Positions 29,211 through 37,716 of a stretch of 64,000 bases of DNA are shown here, in pieces. The notes below the pieces were generated by a model, which worked only from the letters and a program-made list of their open reading frames with translations, was not told where the DNA came from and made no database searches. The number at the start of each line of letters is the position of its first letter. Within the stretch, counting starts at the first letter, position 1. Source of the DNA: Bryobacteraceae bacterium (GTDB lineage: Bacteria > Acidobacteriota > Terriglobia > Bryobacterales > Bryobacteraceae). The stretch spans positions 222,757-286,756 of the forward strand of contig DATJYO010000055.1 of assembly GCA_035499555.1 (NCBI GenBank). Direction: 5' to 3'. A program made the position numbers and the translations under genes.

Positions 29211-30743
29211 ATGCAAAGGCTGGCTCTGTGCCTGTTTCCCCTGATCTTGTCCGCCGGACAGGCACGCTATGCCCGGGTAAGCGAATTCGACGGCGCGGTG
29301 GAAGTGCAGCTTGAAGCCGCCGACGATTGGCAGGCGGTGCGCGCCAACCTGCCGCTGCGGGAGTTATCCTGGCTGCGCACCGACGGGCCCGCCCGCGTCG
29401 AAGTCGAATTGGACGACGGTAACGTGTTGCGGCTGGGACCCGATTCGCTGGCCGAGCTGTCCGACTATACCCGCCTCTCCTCCGGGCAGCGCATCACCGT
29501 AGTCTCGCTCGATCACGGCGTGGCTTATTTCACCGGTGCGGCGGACGGCTCCGACACGGTGATCCTGACCGTTCCGGGTGCCCAAGCCAGCGTTCGCCAA
29601 AGCGCCCGCCTGCGCCTGGAAGCTCGCGATCCGTGGAGCCTGATCGCCGCGCTCGATGGCACGGCGCGCTTCTCCTCCCCTTCCGCCGAGTTCGACCTTC
29701 CCGCCGGACAGATCGTGAAGCTGGACCCGGCTCACAGCGTCCGCTTCTATCTTTACCGCGAGATTCCGCAACTGGAGACCGACCGCTGGTCGGACGAGCG
29801 CGACAAGGTCCTGGTCTCCTCGACCTCCGCCGCGCATGTCCCCGGATTGCGCTATGGCCTCGCGGATCTGGATGCGCACGGCGTCTGGATTCAGACCGGC
29901 GACTTCGGGGCGGTCTGGAAGCCCAAAGTTGCAGCGGATTGGGCGCCGTTCCGCAACGGCAAGTGGATGTGGTACGACGGTCTCGGTTACACCTGGATCA
30001 GTGACGATCCGTGGGGTTGGCTGCCCTATCACTACGGCCGCTGGATTCAAGTACCGGACACTGGTTGGGTGTGGGCGCCCGGCCAGGGCGACACGTTCTT
30101 ACCCGGCGAAGTTTACTGGCTGAAGAGCGCAAAGCTGGTGGGTTGGGGAGCGCTGGCGCCCAGCGAGAACTGGAAGCCGCCGGAGGTGCCGCGACAGTTT
30201 CTGAACGCCAACACGACCTATGCCACTTACACGCCGGAGGCCCACGAGATCGATCCGGCGGGCTTTTCGGCGCGGCCGAAGGAACCGCTGGCCACGGCGA
30301 TTTTTGTGACGGCGCTCCCATCCCCCGCATTTCCGGCAGCACGGCTGACCGCGTTCCGTCCGCCCTTGCGTGCCGGCCTGGGACGCGCCGTCCCGGTTTC
30401 GAGCGCCGTCGCGTTCGACAATCAGGCAGCGCCACCGGCAACGCCGGCGCCGGCCCAGCCCGCGCCGCCCGCGCCCGCCGATGCAAGCTATACGCCGCCG
30501 GCCCAATCGCCGGTGACGGTCGTGAATCCGCCGCCAGTCGAGGTCCCCGTGGAGGTGGATGTTCCGGTGCCGGTGTACACCGGCATCATCGTCGTGAATC
30601 CGCCGGGCTACAAGCCCCCGGCCAGGAAACCGACGGCCCAGAAGCCGCAGCCGCCCAAATCCGTACCGTCGCCGGGAGCCGGCTCCACTCCGGCGCCGCC
30701 ACCGCAACCGAAGAAACCGGAACCCGAGAAGCCTGTGAGGTAG
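29211..30743 (+). CDS. FecR-domain-like secreted protein with Trp-rich module and Pro-rich C-terminal tail
   Basis: ATG at 29211 (GGAGGA SD 4 nt upstream) inside ORF 29169-30743. FecR-like beta-sandwich is ARVEVELDDGNVLRLGPDSLAEL...HGVAYF. Trp-rich segment is WAPFRNGKWMWYDGLGYTWISDDPWGWLPYHYGRWIQVPDTGWVWAPG. The tail is Pro/Ala-rich. Confidence 0.75.
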   Translation: MQRLALCLFPLILSAGQARYARVSEFDGAVEVQLEAADDWQAVRANLPLRELSWLRTDGPARVEVELDDGNVLRLGPDSLAELSDYTRLSSGQRITVVSLDHGVAYFTGAADGSDTVILTVPGAQASVRQSARLRLEARDPWSLIAALDGTARFSSPSAEFDLPAGQIVKLDPAHSVRFYLYREIPQLETDRWSDERDKVLVSSTSAAHVPGLRYGLADLDAHGVWIQTGDFGAVWKPKVAADWAPFRNGKWMWYDGLGYTWISDDPWGWLPYHYGRWIQVPDTGWVWAPGQGDTFLPGEVYWLKSAKLVGWGALAPSENWKPPEVPRQFLNANTTYATYTPEAHEIDPAGFSARPKEPLATAIFVTALPSPAFPAARLTAFRPPLRAGLGRAVPVSSAVAFDNQAAPPATPAPAQPAPPAPADASYTPPAQSPVTVVNPPPVEVPVEVDVPVPVYTGIIVVNPPGYKPPARKPTAQKPQPPKSVPSPGAGSTPAPPPQPKKPEPEKPVR

Positions 30744-30749
30744 GAAGTT

Positions 30750-31832
30750 ATGCGCGTGCTCTCGTTCGCCGTTCTATTGCTTGCGGCGGCTTCGGCCGGC
30801 GCGCAGAAGTTACCGGTCTTGTTGGCGGCCCGGCGCCTGGGCCCCATCCAAGCCTACGATCCGCATACGCTGCAGTTGATCGGCAGCATTGACCTCTACT
30901 TTGGACTGGAAAGCATCAGCGTCAGCAACGACGGGCGCAGACTGTTCCTTGCCGAGGCAAGAGACTCCGGTCCGGAAGACCCGGGCGGCGGCCTGTACGC
31001 CCTGGATCTGCAAACCGATAGGATGTGCCAGTTTTCGGGAACGGGGATGTTCGTCGTCCCCTCGCCCGATGGCCGCTTTCTGTTCACGCAAGGGCCGCAC
31101 GGAGTGGAAGTCTTCGATGCCGCCACGTTGAGCCAGGCACCCCCCATGAGGGCTTCTGGCGCCTACAACCTGCAACCCTCGCCGGACGGCCGCTGGCTGC
31201 TCGGCATCAGCAATTCGCCGAAATGGTCCTTAGCTATGTTCGACCTCGAGCAGCTGCGCCTGTCGCATCAGCTCGTTTTTCCGGACGGCCCGATCACCGG
31301 CGCCTGGGACGGCGAAACGCTCGAAGTCCTCAGCTACACGCCTCCGGGAATAGTACAGGTGTGGAGCGTGCGGCCCGGCGAAACCAGGCTGCGCGAGCCC
31401 CGCCGGATAGAGGTGCCGGATTTGCACGCGATCTGCAACGAACCTGTGCTGCTGACCCTGGCCGGCGCATCCGGGCACCTGTTCCTGGCGGAGGCCTTTG
31501 GCTACAAGGTGGACCGCCGAAATCAGTGCCCGGGCACGGTTACCGGCGGAATCTACACCATTGATGTCGCCAACGGCAGTGCGCGGCACATTGCGCCGTC
31601 CGTGCACGTTAGCCGGCTGATCGCCGCTCCCGACGGCGATCTGTACGTCGTGGATTCTCCCACGCGCGTGGCGCACGGCAACGCGCGGCTTTTGCGCCTG
31701 GACGGCAGGACGGGCGGCATATTGTCGAGCGCGCTGCTGGGGGCCGGCGCATGGAGCCTGACCTATGCCCGCATACCGTACGGGCTGTTGCGGCCCGAAC
31801 TCGTACACCCCGTCCCCAACTGTGAACGCTGA
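30750..31832 (+). CDS. Hypothetical secreted beta-propeller-like protein
   Basis: ATG lies 6 nt after the previous stop. Signal peptide MRVLSFAVLLLAAASAGAQ. Repeated SPDGR(F/W)L-type blade signatures. No catalytic motif recognised. Confidence 0.65.
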   Translation: MRVLSFAVLLLAAASAGAQKLPVLLAARRLGPIQAYDPHTLQLIGSIDLYFGLESISVSNDGRRLFLAEARDSGPEDPGGGLYALDLQTDRMCQFSGTGMFVVPSPDGRFLFTQGPHGVEVFDAATLSQAPPMRASGAYNLQPSPDGRWLLGISNSPKWSLAMFDLEQLRLSHQLVFPDGPITGAWDGETLEVLSYTPPGIVQVWSVRPGETRLREPRRIEVPDLHAICNEPVLLTLAGASGHLFLAEAFGYKVDRRNQCPGTVTGGIYTIDVANGSARHIAPSVHVSRLIAAPDGDLYVVDSPTRVAHGNARLLRLDGRTGGILSSALLGAGAWSLTYARIPYGLLRPELVHPVPNCER

Positions 31833-31836
31833 GGGA

Positions 31837-34017
31837 TCAGTTGACCTGTAGGTTCGCCTCCAGCGGTCCCACAAACGCCCGGTATTCTCCGCCGGGCAAT
31901 TCCCATGCGTCCGTCTGGGCGTTGAATATCGAGAGATACAGCGGGTCCAACTGGAGGGTGACGGCCTTCGATTCGCCTGCCTGCAACGGCACGCGCTGCC
32001 AGGCCACCAGCCGCTTGAAGGGCTCGCCCGCCGCCGTGGGCAGCATCACGTAGACCTGCGCGACATCGGTTCCGTCGCGCCGCCCGGTGTTCTTCACGGT
32101 GAAGGTCACGCTCCGCTGCGCGCCGTCCGCCTTCAGATTCGAATAGGCGAACGTGGTGTAGGAAAGCCCGTGTCCGAAGGCGAACAGCGGCTGTTTGTGC
32201 TCCGCTTCGAACCACTTGTAGCCGACCTTGAGGCCTTCGGTGTAGTTCACATCGAACGGCGGCGGGCGGAAGGCGGGTTTCAAATCGATGCCCGGCACCT
32301 GGGGATGCGGCAGGTCCGCCTCGGTCCGGGCGAAAGTCACTGGCAGCCGCGCCGAAGGATCCACATCACCGAACAGGATGGCGGCCAGCGCCTGCGCCCC
32401 GCCGATGCCCGGATACCAGGCCTCCAGTACGCCCTTCACCTCGTCGGCCCACGGCATGGAAACCGGACCGCCGCTTTCGATGACCACGATTGTCCGCGGA
32501 TTCGCGGCGGCCACCGCTTTCACCAGGGCATCCTGATTTCCCGGCAAGGCCAGCGTGGGCGCGTCCCGGCCTTCGCTCATGTATTGATTCACGAAGACGA
32601 TGGCCACTTGCGATGCTTTCGCCAGTTTGGCCGCTGCGGCCGGATCGTTCCCGTCGTCATATTCCACTGTCGTCAGCCGCGCCCGCGCGCGAATCTCTTT
32701 AAGCGGCGACGATGGGAACCAGACCGGCTGCATCCATTGCGAGACGCCGGGACGGTGCGTCACGGCATCGCCGCCGGGCGAATCCACTTGGGCCGAGCCG
32801 CCCCCCGACAGAACGCCCACATCGGCATGCGATCCGATAATCGCGATGGAGGCCGTATGCGCCGCATCGAGCGGCAGCAGGCCGCCGCTGTTCTTCAGCA
32901 GCACGATCGATTCTTCCGCGATGTGCTGGGCGTCCGCGAGGCCCTGGAAGGGATCCACCACACGCCGCACCGGCGGATTGTCGATCACGCCCGCCGCGAA
33001 CATACTGCGCAGAATCCGGTGCACCATGTCATCCAGCCGCGCTTCGGGAACTTCACGGCTGTCCACGGCTTTCTTCAGCGCCGCTCCGAAGTATCTGTCG
33101 CCGGGCATCTCTTGGTCCAGGCCCGCCAGCGCGGCTTTGGTAGTGCTGTGCGTGCCGCCCCAATCGGAGAGCACCCAGCCCTTGAATCCGAAATCTTTCT
33201 TCAGCACCTGGTTCAGCAGGTAGTCGTTCTCGCAGGCATAATCGCCGTTGAGCTTGTTGTAGGAGCACATCACGCCGGACGGCTCGGCGATGCGGATGGC
33301 GATCTGGAATGCCAACAGGTCCGTCTCGCGCAAAGTGCGCTTATCCATGACCACGTTCAGGATGTTGCGGCCGGTCTCCTGATCGTTCAGCGCGTAATGC
33401 TTGATGTCGCCCATTACCTGTTGCGCCTGCAGGCCCTTCATCAGTTGGCCGGCCATGGTGCCGGCCAACACCGGATCCTCGCCGGCGTATTCGAAATTGC
33501 GGCCGTTGCGCGGCTCGCGAATCAGGTCCACGCCGCCGCCGATCGACATGTTGTAGCCCTGATCGCGCAATTCGCGCCCGATCACCGAGCCGTACAGGTA
33601 CCCTGCCTCCGGATCGAAGCTCGCCGCCAGCGCCAGCGTGGAGGGCAACAGCGTGGAGTAGCGGCTCTCGAGCGCACCCATGCGCACGCCCACCGCCGAG
33701 TCGGCCATATTGACGGGCGGGATGCCCAAGCGTTCGATTCCTGGCACGAAGCCCGCTCCTTGGTTGGACCCGGGCGGCACCGGCGCACCCGGCCGGAGGG
33801 CGCCCCAGCCGATGCCGTGCACGAGTTGGATCTTCTCATCCAGCGTCATCTGCGCGATGACCAGGTCCGCGCGTTTGTCAGGCGACAGGGATGGATCCAT
33901 CCAGGGTCCCTGCACCTTTTGCTGATGCGCATCCGCCGGCCGCGGCGGCTGCGCGGTAGCCTGCGCCCAGGCGAAAGCCGGCAAAGCCAGCAGGAAAGCC
34001 AATCGTTGAAGTTGCAT
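31837..34017 (-). CDS. Glycoside hydrolase family 3 beta-glucosidase (BglX-like)
   Basis: Signal peptide. GH3 motifs include KHYALNDQE and GWVLSDWGG (nucleophile Asp context). The C-terminal domain layout fits, with a fibronectin-like end. 726 aa. Confidence 0.92.
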   Translation of the reverse strand: MQLQRLAFLLALPAFAWAQATAQPPRPADAHQQKVQGPWMDPSLSPDKRADLVIAQMTLDEKIQLVHGIGWGALRPGAPVPPGSNQGAGFVPGIERLGIPPVNMADSAVGVRMGALESRYSTLLPSTLALAASFDPEAGYLYGSVIGRELRDQGYNMSIGGGVDLIREPRNGRNFEYAGEDPVLAGTMAGQLMKGLQAQQVMGDIKHYALNDQETGRNILNVVMDKRTLRETDLLAFQIAIRIAEPSGVMCSYNKLNGDYACENDYLLNQVLKKDFGFKGWVLSDWGGTHSTTKAALAGLDQEMPGDRYFGAALKKAVDSREVPEARLDDMVHRILRSMFAAGVIDNPPVRRVVDPFQGLADAQHIAEESIVLLKNSGGLLPLDAAHTASIAIIGSHADVGVLSGGGSAQVDSPGGDAVTHRPGVSQWMQPVWFPSSPLKEIRARARLTTVEYDDGNDPAAAAKLAKASQVAIVFVNQYMSEGRDAPTLALPGNQDALVKAVAAANPRTIVVIESGGPVSMPWADEVKGVLEAWYPGIGGAQALAAILFGDVDPSARLPVTFARTEADLPHPQVPGIDLKPAFRPPPFDVNYTEGLKVGYKWFEAEHKQPLFAFGHGLSYTTFAYSNLKADGAQRSVTFTVKNTGRRDGTDVAQVYVMLPTAAGEPFKRLVAWQRVPLQAGESKAVTLQLDPLYLSIFNAQTDAWELPGGEYRAFVGPLEANLQVN

Positions 34018-34080
34018 AGGAATTCAGGATAATTATAACCAGAGGGCGGATTCATTCCATACCGCGTGTGGGACTACGTT

Positions 34081-34086
34081 TATAAT
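34081..34086 (+). promoter_or_regulatory. Candidate -10 box (TATAAT) 8 nt upstream of the ATG at 34095; possible leaderless transcript
   Basis: Perfect TATAAT hexamer, with no SD between it and the start codon. Sequence match only. Confidence 0.3.
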
Positions 34087-34094
34087 CGGGTCTG

Positions 34095-35852
34095 ATGCAC
34101 CGCATATTCCTGGCAGGTCTTCTGAGCATGTCCGCCGCGCTGGCGGGTGGGAACAACTACAAGAATTTCGACGTGGCCCTCTACAGCCGCGTCTACGAGA
34201 CCAGGCAGATGAAAGATCCCGCCTGGCTCGAAAGCCGTTGGGAAGCCATCTCCCGCAACCTCAAGGTCGACAAGATCTATCTGGAGACCCATCGGGACAC
34301 GGTGGTGGTGGACCAGGAGACACTCGACGCGGCCAAAAAGTTCTTTCTGTCAAAGGGCGTGAAGGTTTCGGGCGGCATCACCGCCACCATCAACGAGCGA
34401 AACCTGTTTGAGACCTACTGCTACTCCGATCCGGCCCAGCGTCAGAAGCTGAAGGAAGTGGTGGAATTCACGGCCCGCAATTTCGACGAAATCATCCTCG
34501 ACGATTTCTTCTTCACCGACTGCAAGAACGACGGTGAGATCCAGGCCAAGGGGAACCAGAGCTGGACCGCCTACCGCCTGGCGCTCATGGACCGGGCCGG
34601 GCGCGAGCTGGTGGTCAATCCGGCCAAAGCCGTCAATCCAAGAGTCCACATCATCATCAAATATCCCAACTGGTACGACCATTTCCAATACATGGGATTC
34701 AACCTGGAGACGGAGCCTAAGTACTTCGATAAGATTTACACGGGAACGGAGACGCGCGATCCGATGTTCGGCCAGCACTTACAGCAGTACAACGGCTATT
34801 CGATTTTCCGTTACTTCGAGAACATTAAGCCGGGCGGCAATGCGGGTGGCTGGGTCGATCAGGGCGGCATGCGCATTCCCGGCCGCTACGCCGAGGAGTT
34901 GTGGATCACGCTTTTCGCCAAAGCACCCGAAATCACGCTGTTCAACATCGGCTCGCTGTACCAGCCGAGCACGCCGACCGAGTCCCAGGCGGCGCACATT
35001 GCCGGCGAGACCTTCGCCAAAGCGGACACCTTCCTGGGCCAGCTCGGCCGGCCGCTGGGCGTCAAGACTTACAAGCCGTATCACTCGTCGGGCGAGGACT
35101 TTCTGCCGAGCTACCTGGGCATGGCCGGTATTCCCATGGATATCGTGCCGGATTTTCCGGCGGACGCGCAGACGATCCTGCTCACCGAGCAGGCCAAGTT
35201 CGATCCCGGGATCGTAGGCAAAATCAAAAAACGACTGGCGGCAGGGGCCACGGTGGCGATCACTTCCGGCTTGCTGAAAGCGCTGCAGGGCAAAGGCATC
35301 GAGGATATCGTGGAACTGGACAATACCGGCCAGACGGTGGCCACGCGCGAATTTCAGGGATTCCGGCTGGGCGGCAACAACAAGGCCGAGTCGGATATTC
35401 TAATCCCGCTGATCCGCTATGCCACCAACGACGCCTGGGAGGTCGTCAGCGGACTGACGTCGCCCACCAAAACCTCCGGCGCGCCCGTTCTGCTCTTCGC
35501 CCGATATTCCAAGGGCCTGCTGTACGTGCTGACCATCCCGACCGCCATGGGGGATTTATACAGCTATCCGCAGGGTGTCTGGAGAGCTATCCGCGACGTG
35601 CTCACGCGCGACATGTACGTGCATCTGGATGCGCCGCCGCGCGTCAGCCTGTTCGTGTACGATAACGATCGCTTCATCGTCGAGTCCTTCCAGGACAGCC
35701 CGGTCGAAGCGCACATCCTCACCGAAAAACGGATTACCCGGCTGCGCGATGTGGTGACCGGGGTGGAACTGACCGGACAGCCACAGGGATCCAACACGGT
35801 GTTCACGACGCCGCTCGAAAGAGCTTCCTACCGCGTATTCGCGGCGCAGTAG
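34095..35852 (+). CDS. Hypothetical secreted protein, possibly glycoside-hydrolase-like (TIM-barrel-like N-terminal half)
   Basis: 585-aa ORF with signal peptide MHRIFLAGLLSMSAALAGG. Divergent from the GH3 gene. No family motif I can name, so the product guess rests on context and beta/alpha periodicity only. Confidence 0.7.
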   Translation: MHRIFLAGLLSMSAALAGGNNYKNFDVALYSRVYETRQMKDPAWLESRWEAISRNLKVDKIYLETHRDTVVVDQETLDAAKKFFLSKGVKVSGGITATINERNLFETYCYSDPAQRQKLKEVVEFTARNFDEIILDDFFFTDCKNDGEIQAKGNQSWTAYRLALMDRAGRELVVNPAKAVNPRVHIIIKYPNWYDHFQYMGFNLETEPKYFDKIYTGTETRDPMFGQHLQQYNGYSIFRYFENIKPGGNAGGWVDQGGMRIPGRYAEELWITLFAKAPEITLFNIGSLYQPSTPTESQAAHIAGETFAKADTFLGQLGRPLGVKTYKPYHSSGEDFLPSYLGMAGIPMDIVPDFPADAQTILLTEQAKFDPGIVGKIKKRLAAGATVAITSGLLKALQGKGIEDIVELDNTGQTVATREFQGFRLGGNNKAESDILIPLIRYATNDAWEVVSGLTSPTKTSGAPVLLFARYSKGLLYVLTIPTAMGDLYSYPQGVWRAIRDVLTRDMYVHLDAPPRVSLFVYDNDRFIVESFQDSPVEAHILTEKRITRLRDVVTGVELTGQPQGSNTVFTTPLERASYRVFAAQ

Positions 35853-35896
35853 AATCGCGCGCGCAGGCCTGAGAATCTCATCCCCAGGAGGCACGC

Positions 35897-36529
35897 ATGA
35901 CCATCGGCATCATTGGATCGGGGAGTGTGGGAGGCACGTTGGGGCGCCGCTGGGCGCAGGCGGGACACCAGGTGGTGTTCGGATCGCGGAATCCGGCGTC
36001 GAAAGACATGCAGGAACTGGTGGCGGCGGCCGGCGGCAATGCCCGCGCCGCGTCTCAACGCGAAGCCGGCGCGGCCGAGGTACTGCTGCTGGCCACGCCC
36101 TGGCCGGCCACCCGGCCGGCGCTGGCCGGCCTGGGAAATCTCGCGGGAAAGGTGTTGATCGACGCCACGAACCCGTTGTTGCCGGATCTGTCCGCTCTGG
36201 AGATCGGCACCACCACCTCCGCCGGGGAACAGGTGGCCGAATGGTCGCCGGGCGCCCGGGTCGTGAAGGCCTTCAATACGGTGGGCTACAACATCATGGC
36301 CGATCCGGGCTTTGGGGCGGAACGGCCGGTGATGTTCTATTGCGGCGACGATGCCGCCGCCAAGCAGCAGGTGCGAACCCTGATCGGGCAGCTTGGCTTC
36401 GAGGCCATGGATGCAGGGCCGCTGCGGCAGGCGCGCCTGCTGGAACCGTTCGCCTTGCTGTGGATCTCGCTGGCTTACGCGCAGGGGCAGGGACGGGACA
36501 TCGGATTCAAGTTCCTGCGCAGAGCCTGA
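35897..36529 (+). CDS. NADPH-dependent F420 reductase-like / NADP oxidoreductase (coenzyme F420-dependent family)
   Basis: AGGAGG SD. N-terminal Rossmann motif MTIGIIGSGSVGGTLGRRWAQAGHQVVFGSRNP. Length of 210 aa is typical of the family. Confidence 0.8.
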   Translation: MTIGIIGSGSVGGTLGRRWAQAGHQVVFGSRNPASKDMQELVAAAGGNARAASQREAGAAEVLLLATPWPATRPALAGLGNLAGKVLIDATNPLLPDLSALEIGTTTSAGEQVAEWSPGARVVKAFNTVGYNIMADPGFGAERPVMFYCGDDAAAKQQVRTLIGQLGFEAMDAGPLRQARLLEPFALLWISLAYAQGQGRDIGFKFLRRA

Positions 36530-36548
36530 GAAAGGGCCCGTTGCGCCG

Positions 36549-37664
36549 TTAAGACTTGGCCGCGGATGGGGCCGGAGTCGGATAGTAGCCCTCGCGGGCC
36601 TGTACGGTCAGGTTCTTCTTATCGACGGTCAGGCTGATGGTGCGGTATCCGGACTCGGTCGCCGGCTGATCCGACACGTAGCCGAGGCTGTATTGATTGC
36701 GCAATTCTTCCTGAATCCGGTCGTAGATCTTATCCACGGTATCCTTTTTCGAGACTTCCGCGAAGGCGCCGCCGGTCTCCTTGGAAATGCGCCGCAGAAT
36801 ACTCTTGCCGTCGGGACGTTCTTCGCGCGGGTAGCGTCCGCCGCCGCGTCCCATACCGCCGCCCCGTCCCATACCGCCGCCCCGTCCCATCCCCGGACCG
36901 CCAAAGCCGCGTCCAAAGCCCTCGTTAGACGCAAAGTAGATGGAATAGACCAAAGTGTCCGCGCGCTGGGCGGCCTCGATAGCTTGCCCGATGCTGACCT
37001 TGCTGCCGCGATCCACGCCATCGGAAAGGACCACCACGGCCTTGCGTCCCTTCTGCTTCTTCATCAGGTCGTCGCCGGACGCCAGGTAGATGGCGTCGTA
37101 GAGATGCGTGCCGCCAGCGCGGCGCCAGCCGCCTTCCCGTCCCCGCCCGCCGCCGCCGTCGTCGCGCGGCTGCTGCGATTCATCCTGGTTGATTTCCAAC
37201 TCGCGCAGAGCCTTGTTCAGCTTTTCGCGCGACGGGGTCAGGTCCTGCAGCAGCTCGACCTCGCGATCGAAATGCAGCACGAAGGCCTGGCCTTTGCCGG
37301 CGCCCAGCAAATGATCCAGAAACGTGTAGCTGGCGGCACGCTCATTATCCAGAACATTGCGCTGGCTGCGGCTGGTATCGACCAGGAGGCCCAGAGTCAG
37401 TGGCAGATCCGTCTCCCGCGAGAAGTAGCGGATCACCTGCGGCCGCCCGTCCTCCTGCAGCTTGAAGTCCTCTTTGCCGAGGTTGGAGACGATGTGTCCA
37501 TCCTTGTCGCGAACCGCAGCCAGCACTGTGACTACGTCGATCCCGGTGGTGAACGTCGCCCCCGGCGGGGCGGGTTGGCTCTGCTGGCCGAACGCCAGCC
37601 TGGCCAGAGGATACGCCGGGAGCATGGCCAGGAGCCGCCGCCTGGAGACAAGAATCCGCGTCAT
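36549..37664 (-). CDS. VWA-domain protein of the acidobacterial VWFA-related type
   Basis: ATG at 37664 (MTRILVSRRRLLAMLPAYPLARLAFG) inside ORF 36549-37697. N-terminal pattern is DVVTVLAAVRDKDGHIVSNLGKEDFKLQEDGRPQ. MIDAS is LLVDTSRSQ. A Gly/Met/Arg repeat GMGRGG occurs three times. Confidence 0.85.
   Translation of the reverse strand: MTRILVSRRRLLAMLPAYPLARLAFGQQSQPAPPGATFTTGIDVVTVLAAVRDKDGHIVSNLGKEDFKLQEDGRPQVIRYFSRETDLPLTLGLLVDTSRSQRNVLDNERAASYTFLDHLLGAGKGQAFVLHFDREVELLQDLTPSREKLNKALRELEINQDESQQPRDDGGGGRGREGGWRRAGGTHLYDAIYLASGDDLMKKQKGRKAVVVLSDGVDRGSKVSIGQAIEAAQRADTLVYSIYFASNEGFGRGFGGPGMGRGGGMGRGGGMGRGGGRYPREERPDGKSILRRISKETGGAFAEVSKKDTVDKIYDRIQEELRNQYSLGYVSDQPATESGYRTISLTVDKKNLTVQAREGYYPTPAPSAAKS
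36838..36891. repeat. 3 x 18-bp tandem repeat inside the VWA gene (encodes GMGRGG x3)
   Basis: Units CCGCCGCCGCGTCCCATA / CCGCCGCCCCGTCCCATA / CCGCCGCCCCGTCCCATC at 36838-36855, 36856-36873 and 36874-36891. Confidence 0.85.
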
Positions 37665-37716
37665 TGGGTACAAACGAGGGATGCGCCCACGCGGCAAGAG
37701 GTTACACCGGGCGCCG

